Source: Oscillospiraceae bacterium | GTDB taxonomy: Bacteria > Bacillota > Clostridia > Oscillospirales > CAG-272 | Length of the DNA: 43,229 bases | Assembly: GCA_015064015.1 (NCBI GenBank) | Contig: SVTB01000003.1 | Coordinates: forward strand, 1-43,229 | Reading direction: 5' to 3' | Shown: piece by piece, positions 17,826 through 26,238 of the stretch | Numbering within the stretch: the first letter of the stretch is position 1 | Layout: each line of letters begins with the position of its first letter | Made by a program: the position numbers and the translations under genes | The notes under the pieces: generated by a model | What the model was told of the DNA's origin: nothing | The model's database searches: none | The model's input: the letters and a program-made list of their open reading frames with translations, nothing else

Positions 17826-17855
17826 ATTATAACATATGAAAGACTTCTTTGTCAA
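17826..17855 (-). promoter_or_regulatory. SigA-type promoter of the solute-binding protein gene
   Basis: TTGACA (17855-17850), 18 bp, TGn-TATAAT (17831-17826). Confidence 0.65.
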
Positions 17856-17862
17856 GAGAGGA

Positions 17863-18768
17863 TCATTTGATTTTGACGATCCCGCTCCATGCGCGCAGCC
17901 CCTCGCTGTCGGTGACCTCGGCGCGAACAAAGGTGTCATCCGGGTGGAGGGTGTAGGTAGCTTCTGTCAATCCGGCGCCTCTGTGGACACGGCCTCTGGC
18001 CCATACCACGTTGGACAGAAAAACGATTTTCTGCGCAGGGGTACAGGTGAGCCGCAGGGTGCGCTCATCCACACGCTCCAGGTGAATCTCGGGACCTTGG
18101 GAGGCATAGAATTTCCCTGCGCGAATGGCCTCTGGGATGCCCATGCTTTGGGCGGCCTCGGCCTCTAACATGATGAAGCCTCGCCCTTCGTCACCTGTGT
18201 AATAATGGGTGTCATCGGTGGCCAGCAGAGGAGGACAGCACCCCATGCCTGCCGCCATATCTACCAAAAGTCCCGAATCAGGGCGATCTGACATACCAAA
18301 ATCCGAAACCGAGTTGTAGATCTCCAAAGCATCAAAAGGGGCTACGTCCAAAATCTGTGTGGGGGTGTTAAGGCTCCAGGCGGGATGTGCCAAAACGGCG
18401 AAGCCTCCTGCCGCTCGAATGGCTTCTATGATCTTCCTTCCCCGCAAAGCTACGGAGATGGAAGAGTCATCCATTTCGTTGCGAGATATCTCCGGGTCAC
18501 GGGTCATGCAAAGTCCAACAATGTGGTATACCCCGGAGGTGCCGTCACTGCCTCCAATATTGTATTCACAGCCTGCCAGTTGCTTACAACCATCCCGCCC
18601 TTCGGATGCGGTGGAAAAGATCCAATGGTCTGTGATGGCAACGGCATCGTAACCCATAGAGGCATAGATCGACAGGGCTTCCTCGGGGGTTTTATGTCCG
18701 TCCGACAGAGTGGTATGGGTGTGAAGACCCAGCTTCAGGCGTTGATTGCCGTGAATATCCGTATACAT
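17863..18768 (-). CDS. PHP-domain metal-dependent phosphoesterase (CehA/McbA-like)
   Basis: LHTHTTLSDG, AITDH, LAHP.WS, LEIYN, ATDDTH and FYASQGP. Confidence 0.8.
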   Translation of the reverse strand: MYTDIHGNQRLKLGLHTHTTLSDGHKTPEEALSIYASMGYDAVAITDHWIFSTASEGRDGCKQLAGCEYNIGGSDGTSGVYHIVGLCMTRDPEISRNEMDDSSISVALRGRKIIEAIRAAGGFAVLAHPAWSLNTPTQILDVAPFDALEIYNSVSDFGMSDRPDSGLLVDMAAGMGCCPPLLATDDTHYYTGDEGRGFIMLEAEAAQSMGIPEAIRAGKFYASQGPEIHLERVDERTLRLTCTPAQKIVFLSNVVWARGRVHRGAGLTEATYTLHPDDTFVRAEVTDSEGLRAWSGIVKIK

Positions 18769-18794
18769 AATGATACCTCGCTCGGTAGAAAGGG

Positions 18795-20228
18795 TTATTT
18801 TCTCCAGGTTTTGGGGTTGAACAGCAGGAGCATAGGGAAAAGCTCCAGTCGTCCTGCCAGCATATCAAAGATCAGCACTAATTTGGAGGGATAGGAGAAG
18901 AAAGCGAAATTTTGGGTGGGCCCTACCAATTCAAGGCCGGGGCCTATGTTGTTGATGGTGGCGGTCACGGCGGTGAAATTGGTGACGAGATCGTGTCCCT
19001 CAATGCTGATGAGAGCGATAGAACTGACGAAAACCAAAAGGAAACAGACCATGTAGACGTTGACTGATCGCACGGTGTCGTCATCCAAAGGCCGCTTGTC
19101 TACCGTCACTTTTTTGACGCGGTGGGGATGGATCATACTGCCCAATTCGCGGCCCACGCCCTTGATGAAAATGATGATACGAGAGACCTTGATACCGCCG
19201 CCCGTAGAGCCCGCACAGGCACCCACAAACATGATCAAAACAAGGATGGTCTTAGAAAGGGCAGGCCATAGGTTGAAATCCTCGGTGGCAAAGCCCGTGG
19301 TGGAAATAATGGAGCTTACGGCAAAGGCGGAATGGCGGAGAGACTCTCCCAACGAGCTGTACATATGGCTGATATTGGCTGTGATGATGCCGATAGCAGC
19401 GGCTACGATAAGCAGGAAGGAACGAAGCTCTGCGTTGAAGGCGTCCTTGAGGCGACCCAGTAAAAAGAGGTAGTAGCAACTGAAATTTACCGAGAACAGG
19501 AGCATGAACACGGTGACTACGATCTGAACGTAGGGAGAGTAGGAGGCTATGCTGTCGTTCAGAACACCAAAGCCGCCCGTACCTGCTGTGCCGAACGCGG
19601 TGGTCAGGGACTCAAAAACACTCACGCCGCCCATAAGGAGCATAACAAACTCAATGAAGGTCAAGGAGAGGTAGATGGAATAGAGAATGAGGGCAGTGGT
19701 CTTCACGCGAGGTACCAGCTTGCTTACCGAAGGGCCGGGGCTTTCTGCTTTCATAATATGCAGATTGTGACCGCCTGACAGGGGTACGAATGCCATGATA
19801 AAGACCAGCACACCCATGCCGCCTACCCAATGGGTAAAGCTGCGCCACATGAGCATACACTTGGGTAGGGGCTCCACGGCGGTCAGGATACTGGCACCTG
19901 TGGTGGTAAAGCCGGACGCGGTTTCAAAAAGGGCATCGACATAGTTGGGGATGGAGCCTGAGATAAAGAAGGGAAGCGCACCCACCAAGCTGAGAATGAT
20001 CCAGCTGAGGGATACGATGATAAATCCTTCCTTGGCGTAGAGGGTGGTGGAGGCGGGCTTGCGGAGAACCATCAAGCCGCCCAAAAGGACACATCCTCCC
20101 ATGACCATGAGAAAATGCCAAAATTCGGGCTCATGGTAGACCGCTGCTGTGATCGCGGGTACCGCCATAAACAAAGCCTCAAAGATCAGAAGCCAGCCTG
20201 TGATGTATTTGATCATGCGATAATTCAT
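18795..20228 (-). CDS. trkH: Trk potassium uptake membrane protein
   Basis: Pore-loop motifs SGFTTTG, AGTGGF, ISTTGF, GACAGSTGGGIK, NNIGPG and GRLE. Confidence 0.95.
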   Translation of the reverse strand: MNYRMIKYITGWLLIFEALFMAVPAITAAVYHEPEFWHFLMVMGGCVLLGGLMVLRKPASTTLYAKEGFIIVSLSWIILSLVGALPFFISGSIPNYVDALFETASGFTTTGASILTAVEPLPKCMLMWRSFTHWVGGMGVLVFIMAFVPLSGGHNLHIMKAESPGPSVSKLVPRVKTTALILYSIYLSLTFIEFVMLLMGGVSVFESLTTAFGTAGTGGFGVLNDSIASYSPYVQIVVTVFMLLFSVNFSCYYLFLLGRLKDAFNAELRSFLLIVAAAIGIITANISHMYSSLGESLRHSAFAVSSIISTTGFATEDFNLWPALSKTILVLIMFVGACAGSTGGGIKVSRIIIFIKGVGRELGSMIHPHRVKKVTVDKRPLDDDTVRSVNVYMVCFLLVFVSSIALISIEGHDLVTNFTAVTATINNIGPGLELVGPTQNFAFFSYPSKLVLIFDMLAGRLELFPMLLLFNPKTWRK

Positions 20229-20238
20229 AGCTGTCCCC

Positions 20239-21594
20239 TTATTTCAGAATATCTGTGAGGTCGTGAAGGGCGAGCTGCTTGGATACGATGATAACGGTGT
20301 CTCCGGGCAGAATCCTGTCATTACCGCGAGGGATGATGACTTGACCGTTGTGGATGATGGCGCCGATGAGCACATCGGGATTGATTTTCAATTCGCAGAG
20401 AGGCGTGTTGGTCACGGGAGAAGCTTCCCGCACTACAAATTCCGCGGCCTCTACTTGATCCTTAATGACGTGATACAAGGTTTCCATATTACTGCCCATA
20501 GAGTTTTGCGTTGCGCGAACATATCGGGCGATGATCTCGGCGGTAATATGCTTGGGGTAGACGGTGGAGTCCAGATCCAGACGGGAAATAACCTCGTCAA
20601 ATTCGATGCGGTTGATTTTGGTAATGGTCTTACCTTGGCAGGCGCTCTTGGCAAACAGAGAGAGGAGAATATTTTCCTCGTCATGGGGAGTCAGCGCTGC
20701 AAAAGCACCCATGCGCGCGATGCCGGCTTCCATGAGAAGGCTCTTGTCGGTAGGATCTCCGTTGAGCACTTTAACCTCAGGATGACGGATGGACAATTCT
20801 TCTCCTCGGATGAGATCAGGCTCAATGACGGTTACGGAAATGCCGTCTTTTCTGAGCATAGCGCAAAGATAGTCGGTCATACTGCCGCAACCCGCGATCA
20901 TTATGTCTTTAACGGAGCGGATCTTATAGCCGATCTTTTTGAAGAATTCGGAAGCGTTTTTGGGGGAGGCAATGAGGGAGATTACGTCCTTACCCGCAAA
21001 GACAAAATTACCCTTGGCAATATAGACCTCGTCTCCCCGTTCCACCGTGCAGAACAGCATATCGCATTTTAGCTTGATGGCCGCGTCTTTGACCGACATA
21101 CCCGCGAGGATGCTGTCCTCGGGCAGACGGAATTTCAACAATTCTACCCGTCCGCGGGCAAAGGTGTCGATTTTAATGGCGGAGGGAAATCTCAAAATTC
21201 GGGTGATTTCTGTGGCGGCGGCCTGCTCGGGATTGATAAGCATGGTGATGTCAAACTCATTTTTGAGGTATACCGCCTCGGCGCTGTATTCGGGACTCCG
21301 AACGCGGGCGATGGTACGGCATCGGGGGTACTTGCCTGCCACGGCACAGCAAAGCAGATTCAATTCATCGGATTCCGTGACGGCAATCAAAAGGTCGGCG
21401 TGCTTCACGCCGGCTTCGTTTTGAACCGAGAGGGTCGCGCCGTTGCCAACGATACCCATGACATCCACCCGCGCGGTCAGTTCTTCAATGACCTCAGAGC
21501 GGGTATCCACCACGGTGATTCTGTTATCGGCGGTGTTGAGCTGTTCGGCCAAGGTTTTTCCTACCTCTCCGCAACCAATGATGATGATGTTCAT
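20239..21594 (-). CDS. trkA: Trk potassium uptake regulatory subunit (two RCK domains)
   Basis: MNIIIIGCGEVG, GNGA..AGV..ADLLIAVT.SDELN, INPE and IIPRG. ATG at 21594. Confidence 0.93.
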   Translation of the reverse strand: MNIIIIGCGEVGKTLAEQLNTADNRITVVDTRSEVIEELTARVDVMGIVGNGATLSVQNEAGVKHADLLIAVTESDELNLLCCAVAGKYPRCRTIARVRSPEYSAEAVYLKNEFDITMLINPEQAAATEITRILRFPSAIKIDTFARGRVELLKFRLPEDSILAGMSVKDAAIKLKCDMLFCTVERGDEVYIAKGNFVFAGKDVISLIASPKNASEFFKKIGYKIRSVKDIMIAGCGSMTDYLCAMLRKDGISVTVIEPDLIRGEELSIRHPEVKVLNGDPTDKSLLMEAGIARMGAFAALTPHDEENILLSLFAKSACQGKTITKINRIEFDEVISRLDLDSTVYPKHITAEIIARYVRATQNSMGSNMETLYHVIKDQVEAAEFVVREASPVTNTPLCELKINPDVLIGAIIHNGQVIIPRGNDRILPGDTVIIVSKQLALHDLTDILK

Positions 21595-21689
21595 AAACCA
21601 TACCTTCCCATTATTGAGGATATTCTTTATTATACACCCAAACGGAAAAATTGTCAAGCGTGTGGAGGGGGAAGCGCCATCCGAAGCAA

Positions 21690-21721
21690 TAAAATAAAGC
21701 CGATACCGAGGTATCGGCTTT
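21690..21721 (-). terminator. Intrinsic terminator after the MATE gene
   Basis: Stem AAAGCCGATACC / GGTATCGGCTTT with an A-rich left flank. Confidence 0.7.
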
Positions 21722-21736
21722 GGGAAAGCAAGAGAG

Positions 21737-23107
21737 TTACAGCCGCTCAGCCAAAACCTGCCGCTTTTTCCATATGCCCGAGAGGAAATAGATTAGGCTG
21801 GGGATGGCGTAGCCGTAGGGAGCAAGACCGTAGCCGAGGACGAAGCCGTAAAAGCCGTAGCCCAAGGCGATACCGAAAAGCCAGCTGAGACCGATGCGAA
21901 GGGCAACGCCGTCCAGGATGGCAAGCACCATGGTGAGCTTAGCATGGCCGAGGCCTTGGATAAAGGCACCGCTGCCTCGCATGATGGCAAAGGCGGGGAA
22001 CATCCACAGAATGGCGGCAATAAATTCTCCCGACATATCGTGAACCAAAGGGTCATCCGAGAAAATCATAAAGAGCTGTTTGCCGAATACAAGGTAGAGT
22101 ACCATGAACACGGCCGTCAAAGCGACGGAGAAGGTCCAAGCCCAATAAACCACTTGTTTGGCTCGCTTTTGCTCGCCCGCGCCAATGTTTTGACTGATCA
22201 TAGGCATGGCGGCATACTGAATGCCCTGGGAGATTTTGTTGATGATATCGTCAATACGCATACCTACGCCAAAAGTGGCAGAGGCTACCACGCTGATCTC
22301 GTTGACCATGGCGTTGACAAAAAGCATGGATAAATTGATAAAGCCTGATTGGATGGCCATGGGCGTACCCAAACCCGCAATCATGCCTACATAACGCCGA
22401 TTGGGCTTGAAGCTTTCCTTTTGAAAATCAAATCCAAAGGCTTCGCGCTTTTTGTAGAGATAATACAGCGAGAACAAAAAAGATACGGCCTGACCGATAA
22501 TGGTAGCAAGGGCCGCGCCCATGACACCCCAGCCTAAAAGGCCTGTGAAGAGAAGATCAAGGACAAGATTGACCGCGGAGGCTATCCCAATGAACAAGAA
22601 GGGACGCTTGGCATCGCCCATGCCGCGAAGTACCGCCGAAACCATATTATAGCCCGCGGTAAAGATGAGACCTGCCGAGCAAATGACAAGGTACTCCATG
22701 GTCATGGCATAGGATTCCGAAGGGATCTTCATGGCCCAAAGAATGGGGGTGCGGAACAAGAGCAAAATCGCCGTCAATGCCAAAGATAAGGCGATAACAA
22801 AGCTGAAAAGGGTACCGATGATGTCGTTTGTTTCCTTGCGCTTTTTAGCACCCAAGGCTTGGGAAATGAGAACCTGACCGCCGTTGGAAAATCCCAAACA
22901 TACCATGGTGGCGAAGTTGACAATCTGGCTGGCTTGCGATACGGCAGACAGGCCGAAGGTGCCCACGTAAGCACCCACGATGATCATATCAATGGTGCTG
23001 TAAAGCACCTGCATGGCGTTGGAAGCCATGAAAGGGAGAGAGAACCACAAAAGCCGTCGAGGAATGGAGCCTGTGGTAAAGTCTTTGGATAAGGTGGTGG
23101 TTTTCAA
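21737..23107 (-). CDS. MATE family efflux transporter
   Basis: DFTTGSI..LLWFSLP..SN..Q..YS.ID, LRGMGD.KRP, NLVLD, GAALAT and SQNIGAG motifs; about 12 TM segments; TTG start. Confidence 0.9.
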   Translation of the reverse strand: MKTTTLSKDFTTGSIPRRLLWFSLPFMASNAMQVLYSTIDMIIVGAYVGTFGLSAVSQASQIVNFATMVCLGFSNGGQVLISQALGAKKRKETNDIIGTLFSFVIALSLALTAILLLFRTPILWAMKIPSESYAMTMEYLVICSAGLIFTAGYNMVSAVLRGMGDAKRPFLFIGIASAVNLVLDLLFTGLLGWGVMGAALATIIGQAVSFLFSLYYLYKKREAFGFDFQKESFKPNRRYVGMIAGLGTPMAIQSGFINLSMLFVNAMVNEISVVASATFGVGMRIDDIINKISQGIQYAAMPMISQNIGAGEQKRAKQVVYWAWTFSVALTAVFMVLYLVFGKQLFMIFSDDPLVHDMSGEFIAAILWMFPAFAIMRGSGAFIQGLGHAKLTMVLAILDGVALRIGLSWLFGIALGYGFYGFVLGYGLAPYGYAIPSLIYFLSGIWKKRQVLAERL

Positions 23108-23282
23108 AGCTGTGCCTCTTAAATCAATGTTTTCGTTAATATATACATATTACGTACTTTGTATTCATGACAAAATTATAGCACAGATCGAGAGAGATGT
23201 CAATGAGAGGAGCAATGGCGGATCTCTACTTTTTGCACAATAAAAAATATTTCCATTCGTGCAAAAAATATAAAAATACCTC

Positions 23283-23311
23283 TTGACAAAACCAAAGGGG
23301 TATGTTATAAT
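23283..23311 (+). promoter_or_regulatory. SigA promoter of ylxM-ffh
   Basis: TTGACA (23283-23288), 17 bp, TGn-TATAAT (23306-23311). Confidence 0.8.
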
Positions 23312-23360
23312 CTGTAAAGCAATTTGCTTTACACCGCATTTTCTCCGAGGAGGTAGCACC

Positions 23361-23711
23361 ATGTTTGAGAAAAATCTTCAGATCGGTTACCTTTTGGATT
23401 TTTACGGAGAGGTGCTCCCGGAGCGTCGCCGCGAGATCATGGATCTTTACTATAATGATGATCTGTCGCTGGCCGAAATTGCGGAAACCATCGGCATTAC
23501 CCGCCAGGCTGTGCGTGAGGCGGTTAAGAAAACCGAAACCGAGCTTTATTTCTATGAGGAAAAGCTGGGTCTGCTCCGCCGGTTCAAGGAAGCCGAGGGC
23601 CACGCGCAAAAAGCGCTTGCTTTGTGTGAAGGTACAGGAAGTGTTCCCGATGCTCTTCGCAGAGAAATTAAAGCCCTTTGTGCCGTTGTTGCTACTCCGG
23701 AAGGGATATAA
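23361..23711 (+). CDS. ylxM: YlxM/UPF0122 family protein
   Basis: LLDFYG.VL...DLYY.DDLSLAEIAE..GITRQAV...YEEKLGL. Canonical position upstream of ffh; GAGGAGG RBS. Confidence 0.9.
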   Translation: MFEKNLQIGYLLDFYGEVLPERRREIMDLYYNDDLSLAEIAETIGITRQAVREAVKKTETELYFYEEKLGLLRRFKEAEGHAQKALALCEGTGSVPDALRREIKALCAVVATPEGI

Positions 23712-23786
23712 TCAACATATATCATTTTTATATAGATCAGCCGATCCAAGGGATCGCAACCGTCCGAGAAAGGAGGAATTTCCCCC

Positions 23787-25139
23787 ATGTTTGAAAGTCT
23801 GGGCGAAAAACTGGAAAACGCGTTTAAGAAATTTAAAAATAAAGGTAAGCTTACCGAGGCCGACGTCAAGGCGGGGATGCGCGAAATCAAGCTGGCGCTT
23901 CTGGAAGCCGACGTTAACTTCAAGGTTGTCAAAGACTTTATCAAGATCGTCTCCGAGCGTGCCGTAGGATCCGAGGTCATGGAATCTCTGCTTCCCGGTC
24001 AGCAGGTGGTCAAAATCGTCAACGAGGAGCTGACGCGCCTCATGGGTGGTACCCAAGCCAAGCTGGAGATCGACTCTAAGCCTCCCACAGTTGTTATGAT
24101 GGTGGGTCTGCAGGGTGCGGGTAAAACTACCCACGCAGGTAAGCTGGCAGGTATGTACAAGAGACAGGGCAAGCGTCCTCTGCTGGTAGCCTGTGACGTG
24201 TACCGTCCCGCTGCTATCAAGCAGCTGGAGGTCTTGGGCGCACAGCTGGACATCCCCGTGTTTCAGATGGGCGACAAGGAAAGCCCCGTAAAGATCGCCG
24301 CCGAAGGCGTGAAATACGCCGAGCAAAAGGGCTACGACATGGTGTTCGTGGATACCGCAGGCCGCCTGCAGATCGACGAGCAACTCATGGACGAGCTCAT
24401 TCAAATCAAGGAAAAGGTCAAGCCCATTGAGATTCTTCTCACCGTCGACTCCATGATCGGTCAGGAATCCGTCAACGTGGCAGATACCTTCAACCAAAAG
24501 CTGGACATCACGGGAGTGATCCTCACTAAGCTGGACGGCGATACCCGTGGCGGTGCCGCTTTGTCCATCCGTTATGTGACGGGCAAGCCCATTAAGTTCA
24601 TCGGTGTGGGTGAAAAAATGGATGCCATCGAGCCCTTCCACCCCGACCGTATGGCCAGCCGTATCTTGGGCATGGGTGACGTACTAACCCTCATTGACAA
24701 GGCACAGCAGCAGTTCGATGAAAAGAAAGCCGCCGAGCTGGAGCAAAAGATCCGCGAATCCACCTTTACCTTGGACGATTACCTTGAGCAGTTCCAACAG
24801 ATCAAGAACATGGGTAATCTGGAGCAACTGGCAGGCATGATTCCCGGCATGAAGCCCGGTGCACTCAAGGACGCACAGATCGACGAGAAGGCGCTGGCTC
24901 ACCAGCAGGCCATCATCACGTCTATGACCCCCGAGGAGCGTCGCCGTCCCGAGGCTCTGCTTAATGCTTCCCGCAAGAAGCGTATCGCGGCAGGCAGCGG
25001 TACCACGGTGGAGGAGATCAACAAGCTATTGAAGCAGTTCGAGCAGATCAAAAAGCTTATGAAGCAGTTCTCTGATATGGGGAACGGCAAAAAGAGAACC
25101 GCGTTCGGTAAACGCGGTAAAATGAAGTTTCCGTTCTGA
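23787..25139 (+). CDS. ffh: Signal recognition particle protein Ffh
   Basis: ALLEADV, GLQGAGKTT, DVYRPAA, DTAGR, TKLDGDTRGGAALS and M-domain SMT..ER, SRKKRIA.GSG. Confidence 0.98.
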   Translation: MFESLGEKLENAFKKFKNKGKLTEADVKAGMREIKLALLEADVNFKVVKDFIKIVSERAVGSEVMESLLPGQQVVKIVNEELTRLMGGTQAKLEIDSKPPTVVMMVGLQGAGKTTHAGKLAGMYKRQGKRPLLVACDVYRPAAIKQLEVLGAQLDIPVFQMGDKESPVKIAAEGVKYAEQKGYDMVFVDTAGRLQIDEQLMDELIQIKEKVKPIEILLTVDSMIGQESVNVADTFNQKLDITGVILTKLDGDTRGGAALSIRYVTGKPIKFIGVGEKMDAIEPFHPDRMASRILGMGDVLTLIDKAQQQFDEKKAAELEQKIRESTFTLDDYLEQFQQIKNMGNLEQLAGMIPGMKPGALKDAQIDEKALAHQQAIITSMTPEERRRPEALLNASRKKRIAAGSGTTVEEINKLLKQFEQIKKLMKQFSDMGNGKKRTAFGKRGKMKFPF

Positions 25140-25199
25140 TACAGAGCGAAGACAATATAACTATTAAAAATATTTTTAATTTTTTGGAGGAACAAAACC

Positions 25200-25442
25200 A
25201 TGGTTAAGATCAGACTGACCAGAATGGGCCAGAAGAAGGCTCCCAGCTACCGTGTTGTCGTTGCAGACAGCCGCTACCCCCGCGATGGCCGTTTCATTGA
25301 CGAGATCGGCTACTACAATCCTATGACCAACCCTGCCGAGGTTAAGATCGACGCTGAGAAGGCTAAGGCTTGGATGTTCAAGGGTGCTCAGCCCACTGAG
25401 ACTGTCAAGTCCCTGTTCAAGAAGAACGGCATCATTGACTGA
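25200..25442 (+). CDS. rpsP: 30S ribosomal protein S16
   Basis: [29 protein letters not shown]...GYYNP...GAQPT. Confidence 0.98.
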   Translation: MVKIRLTRMGQKKAPSYRVVVADSRYPRDGRFIDEIGYYNPMTNPAEVKIDAEKAKAWMFKGAQPTETVKSLFKKNGIID

Positions 25443-25462
25443 TCCCTTGTCGGAGATTTGTC

Positions 25463-25699
25463 ATGACGGAGCTTCAAAAGACCCTGCACGACATAGCCGC
25501 CGCCATTGTGGACAGTCCCGATGAGGTCAAGGTGCTTTACGAAGAGGACGACGATACCATTACCATGACCCTGAGCGTTGCTCCCGACGATATGGGTATG
25601 GTCATCGGCCGCCACGGTAAGATCGCCAAGGCTATCCGTACAGTCATCAAGGCCGCCGCCGCCCCCGGTGGCAAGAAAGTGAATGTGGAGATTCGCTGA
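25463..25699 (+). CDS. khpA: KH-domain RNA-binding protein KhpA (YlqC)
   Basis: VAPDDMGMVIGRHGKIAKAIRT (GxxG KH motif); canonical position after rpsP. Confidence 0.92.
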   Translation: MTELQKTLHDIAAAIVDSPDEVKVLYEEDDDTITMTLSVAPDDMGMVIGRHGKIAKAIRTVIKAAAAPGGKKVNVEIR

Positions 25700-25716
25700 T
25701 TTTCAGTGACTCCGCA

Positions 25717-25773
25717 AAGAAAAGCCCGTACCCGAAGCGTGATAGGCGCTGTCGAAGGTGCGGGTTTTCTTTT
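25717..25773 (+). terminator. Intrinsic terminator after khpA
   Basis: AAGAAAAGCCCGTACC ... GGTGCGGGTTTTCTTT imperfect stem with T-run. Confidence 0.65.
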
Positions 25774-25818
25774 GGTGTATACCCTTTGCATAAAAATCAC
25801 ATTTTTTTGCTTTCCCAC

Positions 25819-25847
25819 TTGACAAATTGAAAAAATGGGTGTATAAT
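25819..25847 (+). promoter_or_regulatory. SigA promoter of the T-box leader
   Basis: TTGACA (25819-25824), 17 bp, TATAAT (25842-25847). Confidence 0.85.
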
Positions 25848-25875
25848 GTCACCATTCCAAGTGAAACTCGGAATC

Positions 25876-26184
25876 AAAAGCGTTGATCGGGAAGAAGTAT
25901 TCGGATACTGCACCTACAGAGAGCCGTCGGTTGGTGCGAGACGGTGGAGAGGTTCGAAGAAATACATCCCGGGAGCTACTTTGCTGAACGCCCCTGTCTG
26001 CAGCGGAGGCCAAGGTATCGTCGGGTGCGCCCGTTATCGCGCAGAGGCATAACCCTGCGGTCATTTCCGAAGGACGTGCTTCACGAGGTTTCGACTGTAA
26101 GGCCGAAATAAACAAGAGGTGGTACCGCGGTATATCCGCCCTCTTCCCTTATTTTTAGACAGGGGAGCGAGGGTGGTTTTTTTA
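25876..26184 (+). promoter_or_regulatory. T-box riboswitch, transcriptional, specifier UAC (Tyr)
   Basis: Stem I has the GA kink (TTGA/GA), helix TCGGGA/TCCCGG, AGTA loop E, AGAGAG box, GGTGnGA loop and specifier loop GAAA-UAC-A (25959-25966). Antiterminator AAGAGG-TGGTACC-GCGG pairs with CCGC-CCTCTT. Terminator CCGCCCTC...GAGGGTGG-TTTTTTT. Confidence 0.92.
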
Positions 26185-26238
26185 TTGCCCGAGTCCCCGA
26201 CATTTCAGCCTGCGGGCAAGTTTTTTTGGAGGTATGCT

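Noticed and set aside
25846-26115. Small ORFs (68 aa plus strand, 88 aa minus strand) upstream of the symporter
   Set aside because: They are fully explained by the T-box leader RNA and lack an RBS.
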